Below are positions 40,002 through 54,365 of a stretch of 64,000 nt of DNA, in pieces; the stretch's first letter is position 1, and every line of letters begins with the position of its first letter. The notes beneath the pieces were generated by a model. The model saw only the letters and a program-made list of their open reading frames with translations, did no database searches and was not told where the DNA came from. Origin of the DNA: Octopus sinensis (Eukaryota); assembly GCF_006345805.1 (NCBI RefSeq), contig NC_043006.1, positions 84,692,001-84,756,000 on the forward strand. The letters run 5' to 3'. The position numbers and the translations under genes are program-made.

Positions 40002-40942
40002 CTTTACAGAAATATTAAACTGACCCCAGTACTTGACTGGTGGTTTATTTTTTCCTGACTCTCCCCTGCTCCCTCTGCTTTTCCCCTCTCTAACTTGATG
40101 AAAGTAAAGCAAAGATAACCTCATTAAGCATCCAAGTGAGAATGTAAAAACAGTTTTAAAAAATGTAACTAAATGCAGCAGCCATTTTGCCCAAGACTCT
40201 TTCAGGTTCTGGTACATTTAAATTGCTAGAAACAGCAGCAGTGAAACTTCCCTTGAATGGCACCCCATCGAAACTATTATCATTCGCAGCAGCAGCAGTA
40301 CCACCACCACCACCACCACCACCACCACCATCATCATCACCATCATCATATTTGTCAACACCACCACATTCTCTTTTTTGCTTTTTATCTTCTTTATTAC
40401 CATCATTCCTCAAAACAGTTCTGCTCTTTGTGTACCAAAAAAAAAAAATTTATACAGTTCTGGTGAATCTTTTCCATCTTCTCTAACAGCACCACAACCA
40501 CCATGAGCACCATCAACATCACCACTGCCACTACCACCACCACCACCACCACCAAAACTACCACTATCAACATCACCATGACCAACACTAGAATCAGTAC
40601 CAAGCACAGATGCAGTTAAAGCTAATTATGTCATCTTGATGAAAATTAACCAAAAATTAAAAATTAAAAATAAAAGAATTTTAAATGAATAATAGAAAAA
40701 AAAAAGAGTAAAACTCTTCTTGGGCCACATCGCAGCAACCCTCCCCTCATTCATTCTACTAAAACACATCAAGTCATTTAGTGGGTATACTAAGAAATAA
40801 AACACAAAACTAGTGCTGACAATAATCAACTGTTAATGAGGCTGTTAATTATGGGTGTGGCTGTTTCTGATATGTGTATTTATACACACACACACGTGTA
40901 GATATCTATCTATCTATCAATCTATCTATCTCTTTCGATATA

Positions 40943-41021
<79 letters not shown>

Positions 41022-41610
41022 GAGAGAGAGAGAGAGAGAGAGGGACAGACAGACAGGTAGATAGATATTATATATATAAATATACATACATATATATATG
41101 TTTACATATATATATATATATATAAATATACATACACATACATATATATACATACATAAATATGTATATATATATATAATGGTATCAACCAGACAATTGG
41201 ATGTTGTTATACATCGCTGATCACCATTTTAGGTTTCAAATGATGTCACCTGCCTGGCAAGGTAAGCAGGCCAATATATATATATATATATATTATATAT
41301 AAAGATATATATATCTTTCAGAAACAACCTAAATAAATAAAAATAAAACAATAAAAACCAAAGTAAAGATCATGATTACTAATGATGATAATAATAAAAC
41401 TGATTTCAAATCTTGGCACTAGGCCAGCAATTTTGGGGGTAAGTTGATTACACTGACTCCAATACTCAACTGGTATTCATTTTATTGACCCCTCCCCTCA
41501 CCAAAGGGATGAAGGGCATGTTGGCCTCAGCAGAATTTGAACATAAAGACAGACAAATGCTGCTAAGCATTTTGTCCAGCATGCTAATGACTCTGCCAGC
41601 TTGCCACCTT

Positions 41611-41675
<65 letters not shown>

Positions 41676-42061
41676 AACAACAACAATAATAATAATCCTT
41701 TCTATGAAAGGCACAAGGCCTGAAATTTAGTGGGAAAGAGGGCTAGTTGATTACATCAACCCCAGTGTTCAACTGGTACTTAATTTATTGAACCTGATAG
41801 GATGAAAGGCAAAGTCAACCTCAGAGGAATTTGAACTTAAAATGTAAAGGGATGGTATGCCGCTAACTATTTGGCCAGTTCAAATAAGATCTCCATGTCA
41901 CACACAAATGGTTGAGATGCATGTGTCTGGTGTACCCTTATCAAATGAGTAGTCAGGATGGATATATTGGGCTTCATATATTTGTACTCCAGTGTCACTT
42001 CATGCCATGCACTGTTCTCTCACTCAGAAATAATAATAATAATAATGATAATAATAATAAC

Positions 42062-42097
<36 letters not shown>

Positions 42098-43964
42098 CCT
42101 TTCTACTATAAGTACAAGGCTTGAAATTTTGGGAGAGGGAGCCAGTTGATTACATCAAACCTAATATTCAACTGATACTTATTTCATCAACAAGAAAAGG
42201 ATGAAAGGTAAAGTTGACTTCAGCGGAATTTGAACCCAGAATGTAAGGACAGATGAGATGTTGCTAAGCATTTTGCCCAGCTAACGATTCTGCTAGCTCG
42301 CTGCATTATTATTATTATTATTATTGTTACTGCTGCTGCTGCTGCTGCTGCTGCTACTACTACTACTACTACTACTACTACTATACTACTACTACTACTA
42401 ATAATAATAATAATAATAAAATAATAATAAAATTTTAATAATATGCCCTGATGCAGTACCAGACAATGGCTCTCATGGCTTCTGATCTTATCTGATTGGA
42501 AGTGTTATCCTGTACATGTTTTGTCTTGGTATAAAAGAGGGGCTTACAACAAATATTCTGCTTAATACCACAGATTTGCTTGTCAGTTGTTTGACCTTAA
42601 CCAGTTGAGCATGTCCCTTAGTGGCTGACGATATGTGCATCTCTGATCACAAGTAGAAGTAGTGGGGCAGCATCATAGTCATGCATTGAGAGGAATAATT
42701 TGAAGTCTGAATAATTCAACTCTGGAAACGGGTGTTTCGTTCAACATCCTTAAAGAACCCTTATCCAGGGACCTTTTGAGCAGGATGAGCTACTCAACCT
42801 GAAGAAAATTCTAACTGGGCCCCACCTACAAAGTCATGCACTGTTTATCTTGATATGAGATCAGTATGATGCACACATATGGCTTTGATGCAAGTGCCTT
42901 GTGTACCCTTATTAGACGGGTAGTCATGATGGGTATACTGGGCTTCATATATATTTATCCCAGTGTCACTTTGATGGCATGAACTGCTCTCTCACTCAAT
43001 AATAATAGTTTGTAATTTAGGCACAATGCCAACAATTCATAAAATGAGTGGGTTAATCAATACTATCAACCCCACCAATTAACCCTGAATGGATGTTAAT
43101 GTAAAGTTGTCTTTGGTGGAATTTGAACTCAGAACATTAACAGACATAATGAAATAGTGTGAGGCATTTGGTTTCATGGTTTATAAAGATGAGGAGGAGG
43201 AAGAGAAGAAGGGTGAGATGAAGGCAGAGGAGCAGATGAAGGAGCAGGCAAAGCAGGAGTAAGAGACAAAGTGGGAGGGGGAGATGGTCGTAAGAGAGGG
43301 AGCAGGAGGGGTGGAGGAGGGGGAAGAGGCAACAAAGGCCATCGTGTAGGGAGGCAATGATGATGATAATAATGATAGAGATGATGATGATGATTATAGT
43401 GATGATGATAATGATAATGATAGTGATGGTGATGATGACAATGATGATGATGATCATCATCATCACCATCATTATCATCAAGGTGTTCTATTTGGTTGCG
43501 TTGCTATGGCATGTTTTTTGACAAGGTAGGATTTCTGATACAAACCTAATCTTGGAATCTAGTAACCATGGTGATGTGTAAATATTTACCTTCTAATTAG
43601 AAAACAGGTTATTTGATCTTTTGCAGGTAAATTCCTTTCCTAATAGACATCAGAGTGTGAGTGAAGCCTTTCTCTCGCATAGGCTGATAAACTCAAGAGT
43701 GAGTAAATCCTTTCGTGTGTATATAAGTGGGTGTGTCTGCATACATCTTAATGTGTGTGTGTGTGTATGTTAAAATGTAGGTATAGGATTGTGCTAAAAT
43801 GTGTGTGAAGGGGGGAAAATACGTATGTGTATGAGTGTGTGTGTCTCTCTTGTGCTGGTGTCTGTGTGTGTACACACTCATATGTATGCGAGTGCATGTG
43901 TGCACTTATATGCATATGTGTGTGTATATTTGTTGTGCTTGTATGTACTTATACAGGGCCATTG

Positions 43965-44350
43965 TGGAGGTGTAATGGCCCTGTGGTTAGGGCAGCAGAC
44001 TCACAGTCGTAGGATCGCAGTTTCAATTCCCAGACAGGGTGTTGTGAGTGTTTATTGAGCAAAAACACCTAAAGCTCCATGAGGCCCCAGCAGGGGGTGG
44101 TGGCGAACCCTGCTGTATTCTTTCACTGTAACTTTCTCTCACTCTTCCTTCCTGTTACTGTTGTACCTGTATTTCAAAGGGCCGGCATTGTCACACTCTG
44201 TGTCACGCTGAATCTCCCCGAGAACTACTTTAAGAGTACTACACATGCCTGTGGAGTACTCAGCCACTTACACGCTAATTTCACAAGCAGGCTGTTCCAT
44301 TGATCAGATCAACTGGAACCTTCATCATCATAACCGATGGAGTGCCACTC
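43965..44350 (+). mobile_element. tRNA-derived SINE family D
   Basis: Head ggaggtgtaatggccctgtggttagggcagcagactc; the 3' part is homologous to 11850-12010 (-). Confidence 0.75.
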
Positions 44351-44394
44351 ATGTACTCATATATATGTGTATATATATATATATATCTTTTATA

Positions 44395-44620
44395 TTTTAC
44401 TTGTTTCAGTCATTAGATTGTGGCCATGCTGGGGTACTGCCTTGAGGAGTTTAGTGGAACAAATAAATTCTAGTACTTATATTTTTTAAGGCCTGGTATT
44501 TATTTTATCAGTTTCCTTTTTGTCACTCTGCTAAGCTACAGGAACATAAACAAACCATCACTGGTTATCTAGTGGTGGTCAGGGACAAACACAAAGGTGC
44601 ACACACATATATATGTGTGT

Positions 44621-44658
<38 letters not shown>

Positions 44659-44885
44659 CCACACACACAGATATATATACATACATATATGCATGTATGT
44701 ATTTATGTATGTACATACATACATACATACAATGGGATTCTTCAGTTCTCAGCAATCAATTCCAATCACAAGGATTTGGTCAGCCTGGGGCTATAGTAGG
44801 AGACACTTACCCAAGGTGTCACGTAGTGGGACTGAAACTGGAACCACGTGGCTCGGAAGCAAACTTCTAACCACACAGCCATGCT
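44395..44885 (-). mobile_element. SINE family A (older copy)
   Basis: Similarity to other copies. Confidence 0.75.
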
Positions 44886-45715
44886 TGATGCACATGTGTG
44901 CATACTCACTTGTGCATGTATGTGCACTCATATGTATGTATGTGCAAGTGTGTAGTCACTGTTTTATATCGTTGTTGTAGTTGTAGTAGTTAATATTTAG
45001 CCCCAGGGAAACCATGATCAAGAACATTTTATGATCAAAGGCATTCCAGCCATGACCATCCCATCTATTTCTAACATACAGGAAACCCTCATCTACATTA
45101 TCCGCTGGCGTTTTTTACAGCAGCAGAGAGAATACCTTGTAGTATTTATTCTTGTTCTCTGTGCTCTGAGTTCAAGTCTCATGGAGGTCAATTTTCCCCA
45201 GTACCAGCCAAATAATGGGGCTGATTCTTCCTCTTTTTCTTACTCGGCCTATCTCCCTTGCTGTTATTCTGTCTCTCTCCCCCTTTCTTTTTGTCTCAAA
45301 TTAAAATAGAGAATTTACATTAGGATGCACAGAAACGAGTGCACATGTACACATACACACACACACCATTACATATTTAAGCATAGATATATATACAGAT
45401 GAATGCACACACAGTTACACTTATGAGCAGACACACACACATATGAATGCAAATATGCAAATACACAAGCACACACATGTGCACATGCATGAGTGCACAC
45501 ACACGTATATACAAGTGCACATACTCCTCCCCTCTCTTACCCTCTTTTTCTTTGAATCAGTTGTGTGGCACAATGAGAAGGATCATAAGGAATCAACTAC
45601 AGCATCCCTTTCTCAAGAAACAGAAGGGGTTAAGCAAAGAATGAACAGCTTCTTCTCAATTAAAGAAAAATAACCCAAAAGAAGTGAGACAATATTGAAA
45701 GATCCAAGAACACAC

Positions 45716-46130
45716 CTATTTCTTTACAACCCACAAGGGGCTAAACACAGAGAGGACAAACAAGGACAGTCAAATGGATTAAGTCGATTTTATTGACCCC
45801 AGTGTGTAACTGGTACTTATTTAATCGACCCCGAAAGGATGAAAGGCAAAGTCAATCTCAGTGGAATTTGAACTCAGAACGAAGCAGCAGATGAAATATC
45901 TATTTCTTTATTACCCACAAGGGGCTAAACACAGAGAGGACAAACAAGGACAGACAAATGGATGAAGTCGATTATATTGACCCCAGTGCATAACTGGTAC
46001 TTATTTAATTGACCCCAAAAGGATGAAAGGCAAAGTCGACCTCGGCGGAATTTGAACTCAGAACATAGCAGCAGACGAAATACCGCTAAGAATTTCGCCC
46101 GGCGTGCTAACGTTTCTGCAAGCTCGACCG
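45716..46130 (-). mobile_element. SINE family B with an internal ~184-bp tandem duplication
   Basis: ctatttcttta..acccacaaggggctaaacacagagagg occurs at 45716 and 45900. Confidence 0.85.
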
Positions 46131-46479
46131 ATCTACAAAACAGAACCAAAAGAAACAAAGAAGGCAAAGAAGAATTTGAAGGATCAAGAATTATTAGTTA
46201 TTAGTGACAGGAGTTATGGAGCCAAAAAGCAAAACAAATGAGAAAAGATGCCTGTATGTTGTCTGGCATCATGTCATGTCTTGCCAAAGTAGATTTGGTT
46301 CCACAAAACTCGAGTTCTATTTAGTAACAACAAACACTGTCATATGATAGATTTTGGTTGTAATGAGCTGACCAGATTTATAAATAAAAGTTTTCACCTG
46401 CAAAGTATTCAGATCAACAGAGTTGTTCTGTGTTGAGAAATATGTTACAGGAAATAACAACAACAAAATCAACAGCAGG

Positions 46480-46940
46480 ATGACTAGAATGCCTGGAGTG
46501 CTCGTAATAAGCTTCAAAACATCTGGTAATTGAATATTTCAATCTCAACAAAGCTGGTCTTTTTCAATGGCTTCTGTAGAGTGCATTCTTTGCTATGGAG
46601 TTGAAGCCTGAATTCTGAAGGAAGACCTTCAAAATCACCTTGATGATGGAGACAGCAGGGTTTACATAAGAGACGAAATCATCTCACGGTGCAAGCACAA
46701 GACCAAAGAGATTTATGAATACACTTCACCTATGTCTATGCTATTATTGTTCAATGCAGGGTAGGCTTTGCTGGCTGCTGCTACAGTGCTGAACAGCAGA
46801 CCATTGGATACTATAGTCTGGACACTTTCACACCTTTAACAGAGGATGAAGATCTCTCAATCCCATTGATGTCATTGGCTGAGGCACAAAATATGAAATT
46901 CAAGATTTATGAATATTAATGAGGACAGATTTCTGACACA
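46480..46940 (+). pseudogene. RTE-clade LINE RT C-terminal fragment
   Basis: AWSARNKLQNIW..TKLVFF..SVECILCYGVEA*IL..EIY..RVGFAGCCY. Confidence 0.75.
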
Positions 46941-46967
46941 GAATTCTCATACATATGTACATATATA

Positions 46968-47372
46968 GGCACAGGTATGGCTGTGTGTTAAGAAGCTTGC
47001 TTCTGAACCATATGGTTCCGAGTTCAGCCCCATTGCATGGCACCTTGGGCAAGTGTCTTCTACCAAAACCAGAAGCTGACTAAAGCCTTGTGAGTGGATT
47101 TGGTAGATGGAAACTGAAAGAAGCCTGTTGTATGTATATATACATGTATATATTTATGTGTATGTGTTTGTGTTTGTCCCATACCATCATTACTTGACAA
47201 CTGATGGTTGTGTTTTTATGTCCTCATAACTTAGCGGTTTGACAAAAGAGACCGATAGAATAAGTACTAGGCGTTAAAAAAAATAAGTCCTGAGGTCGAT
47301 TTTTTCAACTAAAAACCCTTTAAGGTGGTGCTCCAGCATGACTGCAGTCAAATGACTGAAACAAGTAAAAGT
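46968..47372 (+). mobile_element. SINE family A
   Basis: Similarity to other copies. Confidence 0.85.
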
Positions 47373-48186
47373 AGAGAGAGAGAAAAAAAAATTATTTCTC
47401 CAAAATTCCACATGGCAAAAAAAAAAAATTTCTTGTAAAATAAAACATAATTAAGAAGAATAAATAATAAATAAAAAGGGATCATCGGGTGGTGGTGGGG
47501 GAAACAGTTATTTCTGGACTTATACAAAGCACCAAAGCTATTTTTCCAGTGTTTATTTCTAACTTTTTAAAGCAATTTTTGGTCAACAAGGAATAAATAA
47601 GCAATGATTAAGGTCTTACTTGAAGTAGCTAAAAAACCAAAACAAAAAAAAACAACCTTAAACCCAAACAAATAAATACAAACATTGCTAATACATACAT
47701 TAATGAAAAATAAATTAAAAACCAAAATAAAATCAAAACAGCCTTACTTTTAGATTTATTTTCCAATGTTTTACTAAAACTGCTTTAAATACAAATTGGT
47801 CTTCGTTAGAAACTGAAGAATCTTAACCAATTCCCAAAGCCGAAACATGAAAATGAACTCCGGTTACTTAGTGACAAAAGAATTCCATTCACTCAAGAGC
47901 CACGTGATGAAATAACAAAGTAATGAATTATTATTATTATTATTATTATTATTGAGTGAGTGAGAGAGCAGTGCATGCCATCAAAGTGACACAGGGGTAA
48001 AATATATGAAGCCCAGTATACCCACTATGACTACCTTTCAGATAAGGGTACACCATGATAAACAGTGCCTAACCTTGCAGGTGGGGCCCAGTTAGGATTT
48101 TCTTCAGGTTGAGTAGCCCCTCCTGCTCAAAAGGCCCCTGAATAAGAGTTGTTTAAGGATGTTGAATGAAACACCCATTATCATCA

Positions 48187-48226
<40 letters not shown>

Positions 48227-48563
48227 GGCAGCAAGCTGGCAAAATCATTAGCATGCCAGGTGAAATGCTTAGCAGTATTTTGTCTGCCACTATATTCTGA
48301 GTTCAAATTCTGCCAAGGAACAAAATCATCAGAGCATTGGAGAAAATTCCTTGTGACATTTTACCAAAAGACAGTGAGCTGGCAGAATTATTAGAGTATT
48401 AGAAAAATATTTCTTGCAGATTTTTGCATTCTGGGCTCAAATACTACCAAGGTCAAATTTGCCTTTCATCTTTTTGGAGCTCAATCAAATAGAGTTACTA
48501 GTCAAGTACTGAGGTTGATGATGTAGTGATTAACCCTGCATCTACATCATTCTCACCATCTTC

Positions 48564-49202
48564 ACCACCACCACCACCACCACCATCATCCTTATCATCA
48601 TCAATGATGATGACAAGCATGAAGAAAAATTACTAGAGCAACAACAACTATACTATTCACAAAGAAGTCAATCAAGACAAGCAGCAGCAGCAGTGGAGGC
48701 ACAATGGCCCAATGGTTAGGGCAGCGGACTCGTGGTCGGAGGATCGCGGTTTCGTTTCCCAGACTAGGCGTTGTGTGTGTTTATTGAGCGAAAACGCCTA
48801 AAGCTCAATGAGGCTCCAGCAGGGGGTGGTAGTGACCCCTGTTGTACTCTTTCGCTCCAACTTTCTCTCACTCTTTCTTCCTGTTTCTTGTCTCCGACTT
48901 CCTACGCAACCACTGAGCCTGGATGCGCATTCATCCATCCGTCAATGCTCTCGGTGCCGAGGGTTGACCTGCTTTCTCTTCTGCGGGTCTAACGAATAGC
49001 AAAGGACCACATTTCAGACTTCTCCCGAGGCGCAATCTTGCGAGCTCTGGGATGAAGACTGCTTCGCTCAACAAACAAACAAACAAAGCAGCATTTGCAG
49101 CAGCAATGACAGCAACGACAGAAATAATATAAACAAACATTAACAGAATACAATAGTACAAACCATACAACAACAATATGAAACGCAAGCAAAATCTACC
49201 AA

Positions 49203-49241
<39 letters not shown>

Positions 49242-49897
49242 CCCGCCACCACCACCACCACCACCACCACCACCACCATCATCCTTATCATCATCAATGA
49301 TGATGACAAGCATGAAGAAAAATTACTAGAGCAACAACAACTATACTATTCACAAAGAAGTCAATCAAGACAAGCAGCAGCAGCAGTGGAGGCACAATGG
49401 CCCAATGGTTAGGGCAGCGGACTCGTGGTCGGAGGATCGCGGTTTCGTTTCCCAGACTAGGCGTTGTGTGTGTTTATTGAGCGAAAACGCCTAAAGCTCA
49501 ATGAGGCTCCAGCAGGGGGTGGTAGCGACCCCTGTTGTACTCTTTCGCTCCAACTTTCTCTCACTCTTTCTTCCTGTTTCTTGTCTCCGACTTCCTACGC
49601 AACCACTGAGCCTGGATGCGCATTCATCCATCCGTCAATGCTCTCGGTGCCGAGGGTTGACCTGCTTTCTCTTCTGCGGGTCTAACGAATAGCAAAGGAC
49701 CACGTTTCAGACTTCTCCCGAGGCGCAATCTTGCGAGCTCTGGGATGAAGACTGCTTCGCTCAACAAACAAACAAACAAAGCAGCATTTGCAGCAGCAAT
49801 GACAGCAACGACAGAAATAATATAAACAAACATTAACAGAATACAATAGTACAAACCATACAACAACAATATGAAACGCAAGCAAAATCTACCAAAC

Positions 49898-49928
<31 letters not shown>

Positions 49929-49955
49929 CCCGCCACCACCACCACCACCACCACC
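48564..49955. repeat. 693-bp tandem duplication; each unit carries a SINE D copy
   Basis: Near-identical ORF pairs offset by 693 (48771/49464); junctions lie in (CAC)n. Confidence 0.95.
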
Positions 49956-51654
49956 ACACCACCACCACCACCACCACCACTACTACTGCAGCAGTAACAT
50001 AACTGAAAGTTAATGGCAGTGTTCCAACGTGTGTTTTTGAAATCCTTCTAAAGTAACTACAAATAATAAATAACTATATAGCTAAAATAGATAAAACTCA
50101 AAGTAAACAATAATGAAAGTAAGATGGATAAAAAATATGGAGAATAAGATTTTTGGTGGTGAGAAACAAACAAAAAAAAAACAGCTTTGAATTTTTTTTT
50201 TCCTTTCCTTGTAAAAAAAACATACAATCAAGAATATGAAAAAGTCTACAAAATGTGATAAAACACATTTGGCTTTTTTCTCTCGAAACATAATGATTTA
50301 TATTGATAAATCATAAATAAGTTTGCATACGCATACATCTTTGCTAAACCTGTATTCAGCATCACTGTGTACATAGAAAACTGGACAACTAGTTTCAAAT
50401 GATTGTTGCCATTTTATCAAGAATATATACTTATGTTTGTCCCAGATATGACTTCAACCCTTTAGCAGCCATATTCGCCCCAAAAATATTCGATCTGTTT
50501 TGTGTTCAAACTTACCAGATCAGGCCTCTCACATTACTCTCTAATGCCATTTTCAAAGTTACAAGACAATGCTGTGCTTGAGAGGAACTGTCAAGCCAAG
50601 TGAAATAATTGTGGTAACTGGCAACCATGCTGGTGGCATGTAAAGAACACCTTTCAAGCATTGGGCCCCATGGAGGCAAAGTGGCTGAGTTCCTTTTGAG
50701 TGTTAGGCCTCATGGAGGCAATGACTGAGACCTTTGGCATTATGTCATGCTTGAGAAGAAGACCCATCAAGCCAAGCAAAATTTCAGTCGTGGCAGATAC
50801 CATAAAAGTACCCCAGTGTCACGCAAATGGCATCCGTGGTGGTGGCACGTAAAAGTACCAATTACACACTCAGGAGTGGTTGGTGTTATGAAAGGCGCCC
50901 AGCCATAGAAAACCATGCCAAATCAGACTGGAGTCTGGTGCAGCTTTCTAGCATGCCAACCCAGTCAAACTGTCCAACCCATGCCAGCATGGACAATGGA
51001 CATTAAATGATGATGATGATGATGAATGTGAATAAATAAGCAATATAGATGACAGAATAATCTGAATGCTGAAGGGTTAAACTGCATCTGGTAGAGGGGC
51101 ACTGGTTTGGAACTTTCAAGGTTTTAAGGAGTGTGGAACCACCTCTTAGCCACTGATATTCCCAGGTCTACTCTAATCCAGAATAGTGGCAACCATCAGG
51201 GTTCTAGCTGTGGATTAATTAGCAAGTTATGGAAGGAACTCCAAGCACAAACTCTGACTTCTTCATGAATGCCTAGGGAAGTCAGCCTCAACAGCAAATT
51301 AAGGAATGGAGTCACTCAGGCAATCCAGTGCCCTTTCTGACACCCCTCTAGGTGGAGCTCTCCAACCCTAGAAAGTCACTCCAATGTAAAATCCATAGCA
51401 TGCTGGTCACTGTAGCCATTTCAGTCCACTGAGACACTGTGGTCTGTCTTCTAAGTTCAAAGAGTGGAATCGGATTGTACAGACTGACTCTCAATTTAAA
51501 ACTACTAAGTTCAGGCAGGAAGGAAACCTTTGCAGCATCAAGAAATGGTTTACCTAACCACATAAAAGTGTGCTGCTTTTTCTTATAATCTTTGGACATA
51601 AAAAAAACTGCCATCATGCTTATGCCATTGCCATTTCTTCATGAATGAAATAGT

Positions 51655-51830
51655 GTTATGGCAATCTTATCAAGAGTATATATCAAGTGCATATACTCAT
51701 GTTATTACCATCTTAAGAGTGTATGCATATCAAGTGTGTATATACATGTTATTGATATCATAAGAGTGTGTACATATCAAGTGTGTATACTCATGCTATT
51801 GCCATCTTATCAAGAGTTTATACTTATGTT
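51655..51830. repeat. Degenerate ~45-50-bp tandem repeat
   Basis: Recurrent aagagtgt..catatcaagtgtgtata..catgttatt. Confidence 0.7.
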
Positions 51831-51896
51831 CATTCTAAAGAGAGAGGCATCAGATTAAAACTACTTATTAAAATGTAAAACTTATGAGAATATAAG

Positions 51897-52420
51897 TGCG
51901 GTCATAGCTGTGTGGTAAGAAGCTTGCTTCCCAACCACATGGTTCTGAGTTCAGTCCCACTGCATGGCACCTTGGGCAAGTGTCTTCTACTATAGCCACA
52001 GGCTGACCAAAGCCTTGTGAGTGCATTTGGTAGACAGAAACTGAAAGAAGCCCATTGTGTGTGTGTGTGTGTGTGTGTCTGTCTGTCTCCTTGCCATTGC
52101 TTGACAACCGATGTTGGTATGTTTATCATCATCATCATCATCATCGTTTAACATCCGCTTTCCATGCTAGCATGGGTTGGACGATTTGACTGAGGACTGG
52201 CGAACCAGATGGCTGCACCAGGCTCCAATCTTGATCTGGCAGAGTTTCTACAGCTGGATGCCCCTGTCCCTGTAATTTAGCTGTTCATCAAAGAGTCCAA
52301 GAGAATAAGTACTAAGTATACAAAGAATAAGTCCTGGGGGGGGGGGGATTTTTAAACTAAAACCCTTTAAGGTGGTGCTCCAGCATGGCCGCTAACAAAT
52401 GACTGAAATATGTATAAGAA
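51897..52420 (+). mobile_element. SINE A interrupted by an antisense family C 3' end (52125-52265)
   Basis: SINE A stops at gttggtatgttta and resumes at tgtccctgtaatttag. Confidence 0.8.
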
Positions 52421-52689
52421 TAGAAGAATAAAAGGAATAGGTCCTGTGTTGGTCGAGGTTTACTATGCATTTGCAGATGTATGTGCAGGCCTTGGCAAGA
52501 TCTTTTGAGGAAGACAAGAGGTTGCTCGAGAGGGCAAGTCTTTCCTCTCCACATTAAGATGCTCATCCAAAAGAAAGGCTGCTGATTTTGGCTGATACAG
52601 CCTGACACCAACCAGTGTCACTATAGATGTTACTGTCAGGACTCAAAGAGTAGGGGCAGATACTGCAAATGATAGACAAAATGCTGCTA

Positions 52690-52812
52690 ACGATGATGAT
52701 GATGACGATGGTGGTGGTGGTGGTGGTGGTGGTGATGATAATGATAATGATGATGATGCTGGTGATGATAATGGTGATGATGATGGTGGTGGTGGTGGTG
52801 ATGATAATGGTG

Positions 52813-52863
<51 letters not shown>

Positions 52864-52864
52864 A

Positions 52865-52896
<32 letters not shown>

Positions 52897-53017
52897 ATGA
52901 TGATGGTGATGATGATGATGATGCTGGTGATGATGATGGTGATGATGATGGTGGTGGTGATGATAATGGTGATGATGATGACGACGATGGTGATGATGAT
53001 GATGATGGTGGTGGTGG

Positions 53018-53049
<32 letters not shown>

Positions 53050-53130
53050 GTGATGTTGATGATGTTGATGGTGGTGGTGGTGGTGGTGATGATGATGATG
53101 ATAATGGTGGTGGTGATGATGATGATGATA
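52690..53130. repeat. Compound (GAT)n/(GGT)n microsatellite
   Basis: Seen directly in the sequence. Confidence 0.95.
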
Positions 53131-53149
53131 ATTTGGTTATATAAGTTGC

Positions 53150-53320
53150 TACACAAAAATAGTACAGAATTGCTGCAGAAAGTTATGTTGCTTAGAACAG
53201 CAAGGATCATAAGAAGAAGAGAGTCCTTGAGACCTGAGGCGGCTGGCTGCAGCTTGTTCTCAAGAAGAAATTATTCTGGTTCAACACTCTCAGACTGAGA
53301 TAACCCAGGAATAATAATCT
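53150..53320 (+). mobile_element. R4/Dong-like LINE extreme 3' end
   Basis: ELLQKVMLLRTARIIRR, followed by a short UTR and aataataat. Confidence 0.65.
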
Positions 53321-54138
53321 CTATATAATAATAGCCAATATAAATGTTGTCTGGTTGATTGATTTCTCCAATTATGCTTTTTACATTGTGTAGAGAAAGG
53401 AGAGATAGAGTGATAGATAGAGAGAAAGAATTAACTTAAGAAGTACAGGATGAGTGCTCATATAAGGCTTGGTGGTAAGCAATGAGTAAAGGAATGCTCT
53501 TTCTCTCTCTTTCCACACACACTCAAGCTCAATGAAAGATGAAACACAGAAGAGGAGGAGGAGGAGATGACAGAATAATTAATATTGAATATTATTGTAT
53601 ATATTTCTTATGAAAATTAGTATTTGTTTCATCATTTTGTATAAACACCAAGAAATTTGATAGAAAAAAAAGTTAAATCATAATTATTGTAGGTATGCCC
53701 GTATTTTCTGCTATTACCCATGGTGGCAAAAAAAAAAAGAAACTTTCAAAGTTACAGCTAAAACCCTAGTAATAAATAATTTACAAAAAAAGAAAGAAAA
53801 CAACACCTTCAGAAAAGGAAAAAAATAGAAAAGAAAACCCAAACCCAACCGATATGTTGTTGAACTTCCAGTGTAACTTGCTAATAAAAGAGTGGTGCAT
53901 TAGTTCTTTAAAGATCCATCATTCTTTGAGCCAGAATTTTTGTGTTTTATGATGAGGAATTACTGTGGTGGTTTTTTCACACAAGTAATTTAATCAGCCT
54001 AGTCTGTCTGCTACATGATTTTCACAACCCAAATGTATAAATGTACAGAACTTTCCTTCCTAACATGTAAACAAAAATGCCGACAAATATATTTATTGGC
54101 GTCATTCCAGCATAATGGACATCTTCATATACTTCCTG

Positions 54139-54365
54139 TTAGGCAGTAGAAATAACTTTCTCTAACAACATATCGCCGCTGAATACTAAACTTCGAAGCA
54201 GTTGTTGTATGGATGGATGTATGAGAGGAGAGTTACGGATGGCTAAGTGGGTAGGTGGACGGGTTGTTAGATTACAGGTCGAAACAACATATATTAATGG
54301 GTTTGTTTTTTGTCGCCTACGAACGTAGTGAAGAGACTTAACTCCCATTAACCCATTCCAGCTAG
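54139..54365 (-). CDS. Candidate terminal coding exon of an unidentified host gene
   Basis: Acceptor tcttttggtttctatttacag; phase-1 frame SWNGLMGVKSLHYVRRRQKTNPLIYVVSTCNLTTRPPTHLAIRNSPLIHPSIQQLLRSLVFSGDMLLEKVISTA*; AATAAA (-) at 54092-54097. Confidence 0.55.

Noticed and set aside
40156-40607. Gly/Asp-rich minus-strand ORFs
   Set aside because: They are dominated by (CAC)/(CAT) repeats, fragmented across frames, and lack splice support.
48694-48770. Functional tRNA gene
   Set aside because: It is a tRNA-like SINE head without a complete acceptor stem and continues into the SINE body.
52563-53298. 209/215-aa Met/Val- and Ile/Thr-rich ORFs
   Set aside because: These are translations of the (GAT/GGT)n microsatellite.
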